From: Cetorhinus maximus
Lineage: Eukaryota
Assembly: GCF_964194155.1 (NCBI RefSeq)
Contig: NC_135885.1
Coordinates: 128,464,001 to 128,528,000 of the forward strand
Direction of reading: 5' to 3'
Length of the DNA: 64,000 nt
Within the stretch, counting starts at the first letter, position 1. Each line of letters opens with the position of its first letter. Below, in pieces: positions 61,681 through 64,000 of the stretch. The translations under genes and the position numbers were made by a program. Under the pieces are notes generated by a model, which saw only the letters and a program-made list of their open reading frames with translations, ran no database searches and was not told the DNA's origin.

Positions 61681-62729
61681 TCCTGGTTTGATCAGGGTAA
61701 AATTATCCATAATCCCTACACCTATTCAACATGTTATAACTCCTGCTAATAACATGCATGTAATAAATATCAGATGAGTTAAAGATTGACCTTGTCTATT
61801 ATTTGCCTTGATGAGTTGAATAACATACTAAAGCTTAACATCAAGGTTCACACTTGAATAACAACCTCTTGGGCAAGGTATTGATTATAGTTCAGGACCC
61901 AAACCTTAAAAGCAAATAAATGCCTTCTGGAGAAGAGAGGCTAAAACAAAATGGAGGGGGAAATTGCAAGAGGGAAATAGCAAATAGCTGCAACCTTAGC
62001 AGTATCTCTCAGTTTCTTCTTGTTGCCATGTTTAATATGTTAAAGTTGCTGACTTGAGGTCGTCTTGGGAACAGTCATAAACCATCATTTCATCTCATCA
62101 CATCAATGGGGCAGAACTTCATGATACCACACGAGAGAGTTGTACGCAAAATAGTTACACCCAGGTGTCCTCTGACTGGAAACATTTTAACCATAAAACA
62201 TAGTAACAAAGGGACCTATGGCCAGTTGCTTATTGATAAAATAGAGACATCAGTAAGCATCTGACTATACATCCATTTATAACATTTAGAATTATGGAGC
62301 AATTTAGTAGGATAGAATCCTCTTTATTACTGATCACAGTTCACTACAATACAAGCTGTTGTTTAACTGCCTGGAACCATAGGATCTTATAGAGCTCTAA
62401 GGGTTAGAAAAAGCTCACAACTGTATTAATGAAAACTTACGTAAGCACTCCCTTTCAGCAGGGGGATGTCAAATGTTGCCGTTGTTTTCTTTTCTCGTCA
62501 ACACTCCACTGTCATGAGGCATTTTATTCAGCACCTGGGTAAGTGCTGCCAAAACTCATTCTAACTCTGGCTGGTGGGTTTGAGTGACATGTAGCTCTGG
62601 GACAAAAATCCGTGACCATACAAGAAGAATTGTGTGCATTAGATTAACTTGGGCCTTCAGCATGATGCGCTTGCGGCCGGCTAAGTTAAGCTCTGATCGT
62701 AACACGCATTATTTCTTTATGTGATTAGA

Positions 62730-63040
62730 AAAGAAGAAAGTCTTGTATTCATATGGCCCCCTTTTTAAGTCTCTGAGAAATATTTCAAAGTGTTTCAGCA
62801 GCAACAAATTACGTAGCAGCACAATGACCATTAAATAAGCAAATGTGGCAGCCGTTTTACACATGGCAAGATCCTACGAACTGGAGTGAGGGAAGTAATT
62901 TGTTTTGGCGGCATTGAATGAGAGAGGAAAACAATCAGGACACTGAGACAATTTCCTTCTCTCCTTCAAATAGTGTCACAAATGATCAAAATTGGCAGAT
63001 GGGATCTTGATTGAACCTCTCATCTGAAGGATGGCTCCAA
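62730..63040 (-). mobile_element. Deu-domain SINE, degraded
   Basis: AAGAAAGTCTTGTATTCATATGG tail and GTGGCAGCC...GCAAGATCC core. Confidence 0.65.
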
Positions 63041-63229
63041 AATTTAACTGAGCTGATTTACAGTATATTCGTAACAAAGGGATGGGATGTCCATCTGCTG
63101 GTGACATATGCCCCCGAACCCAATCAAATTTGTAGGGTCTCTCATTTGCTTGTTGTGATAACTGTGCAACTCACATGTAAAATGGGAATCAAATGCTAGA
63201 TGAGGAGCCCAAGGATAATCTTGGGTAAC

Positions 63230-63650
63230 TGCTGGGAGATCACGGAGAAGAACCCAGAAATTTAGAAGTGATAATGTGCAAATCCCAAAAGGCAGCATGT
63301 AGCTTCGAGGATAAAGCCTAGTAAAGGCAGATTCCGAGTTGTGGGGAGCGAGGTCATGGATTTAAAATAATTGACAAATATCTGAGATTTAGCGACAATG
63401 CTCAAGTGAAATGAGGGGAGATTTCTTCAGGCAGCAGGTTGTTAAGTACTGAAATGTGCTACCTGAAAGGGGAATGGAGTTAGAGACCCATGGCACTTTC
63501 AAAAGGCAATTGAACATGTACTTGAAGAACACTCATTTGCAGGGTTACTAGGAACAAGCTAGGATGTGGAACTCAATTGGACAGCTCTTTCAAAAGAACC
63601 AGCATAGATGTTATGAGCTGAACTGCCTCCAGCTATGCTGTAAGATTTTC
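63230..63650 (+). mobile_element. Old CR1 3' fragment
   Basis: GATTTCTTCAGGCAGCAGGTTGTTAAG...TTCAAAAGGCAATTGAACATGTACTTGAAG and a CR1-type 3' UTR. Confidence 0.7.
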
Positions 63651-64000
63651 TATTTCCAGATGAGAATGACACTCAATTCCACCTCAGTCAACTCCAGGCT
63701 ACCTGACAAATAGACCAAAATAATCAATGACCTTACAAGAGCCGGCAAAATAAGAGAACACCTTTTTCTAAAATCTCTCCAAGGTGCTCTCCCCCATCAC
63801 ATCATTATCCATACTTCTTAGACGGAATAACAAGTCTTCATTCATAGTGCAGCACGGTTCAAAGGCTGTCTAATGCTTTAACCTGGAAGCTATAGAACTT
63901 GGTTTAGAACGTTCTTCATAAGCCAAGCTTGAATGCTGCCTTTTACTCTCTTCTTTCCTGTGATGGGACCTGCTCAGCAGCCTGCTACCACTTGAGGGAT

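Noticed and set aside
62452-62470. CTCF-like TCAGCAGGGGGATG
   Set aside because: Mismatches at key positions on both sides of the core; no supporting evidence.

Overview
Eukaryotic, repeat-dense DNA, almost certainly from a cartilaginous fish (shark). This is inferred from Deu-domain SacSINE1-type SINEs and shark-type CR1 and Penelope repeats. I found no host exon and no intact gene; nearly every informative ORF belongs to a decayed transposable element. The window holds four PIF/Harbinger elements, each with a DDE transposase and a convergent, spliced Myb/SANT gene, and three of them are one family. At least five Harbinger-type MITEs have 3-bp TSDs. There are three Gypsy remnants (one with both LTRs, nested in a Vingi LINE) and a solo LTR, plus CR1, L2 and RTE fragments, Deu-SINEs and five Penelope 3' ends. 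The best leads are: a minimal hammerhead ribozyme motif in every Penelope end; a LINE whose 5' end is a tRNA-derived head; a shared CAC-NNN-RT target signature at several Harbinger/MITE ends; and a doubled tRNA-head plus GNRA-hairpin insertion at a Myb stop codon. Coordinates were read by eye, and the boundaries of degraded repeats are approximate.
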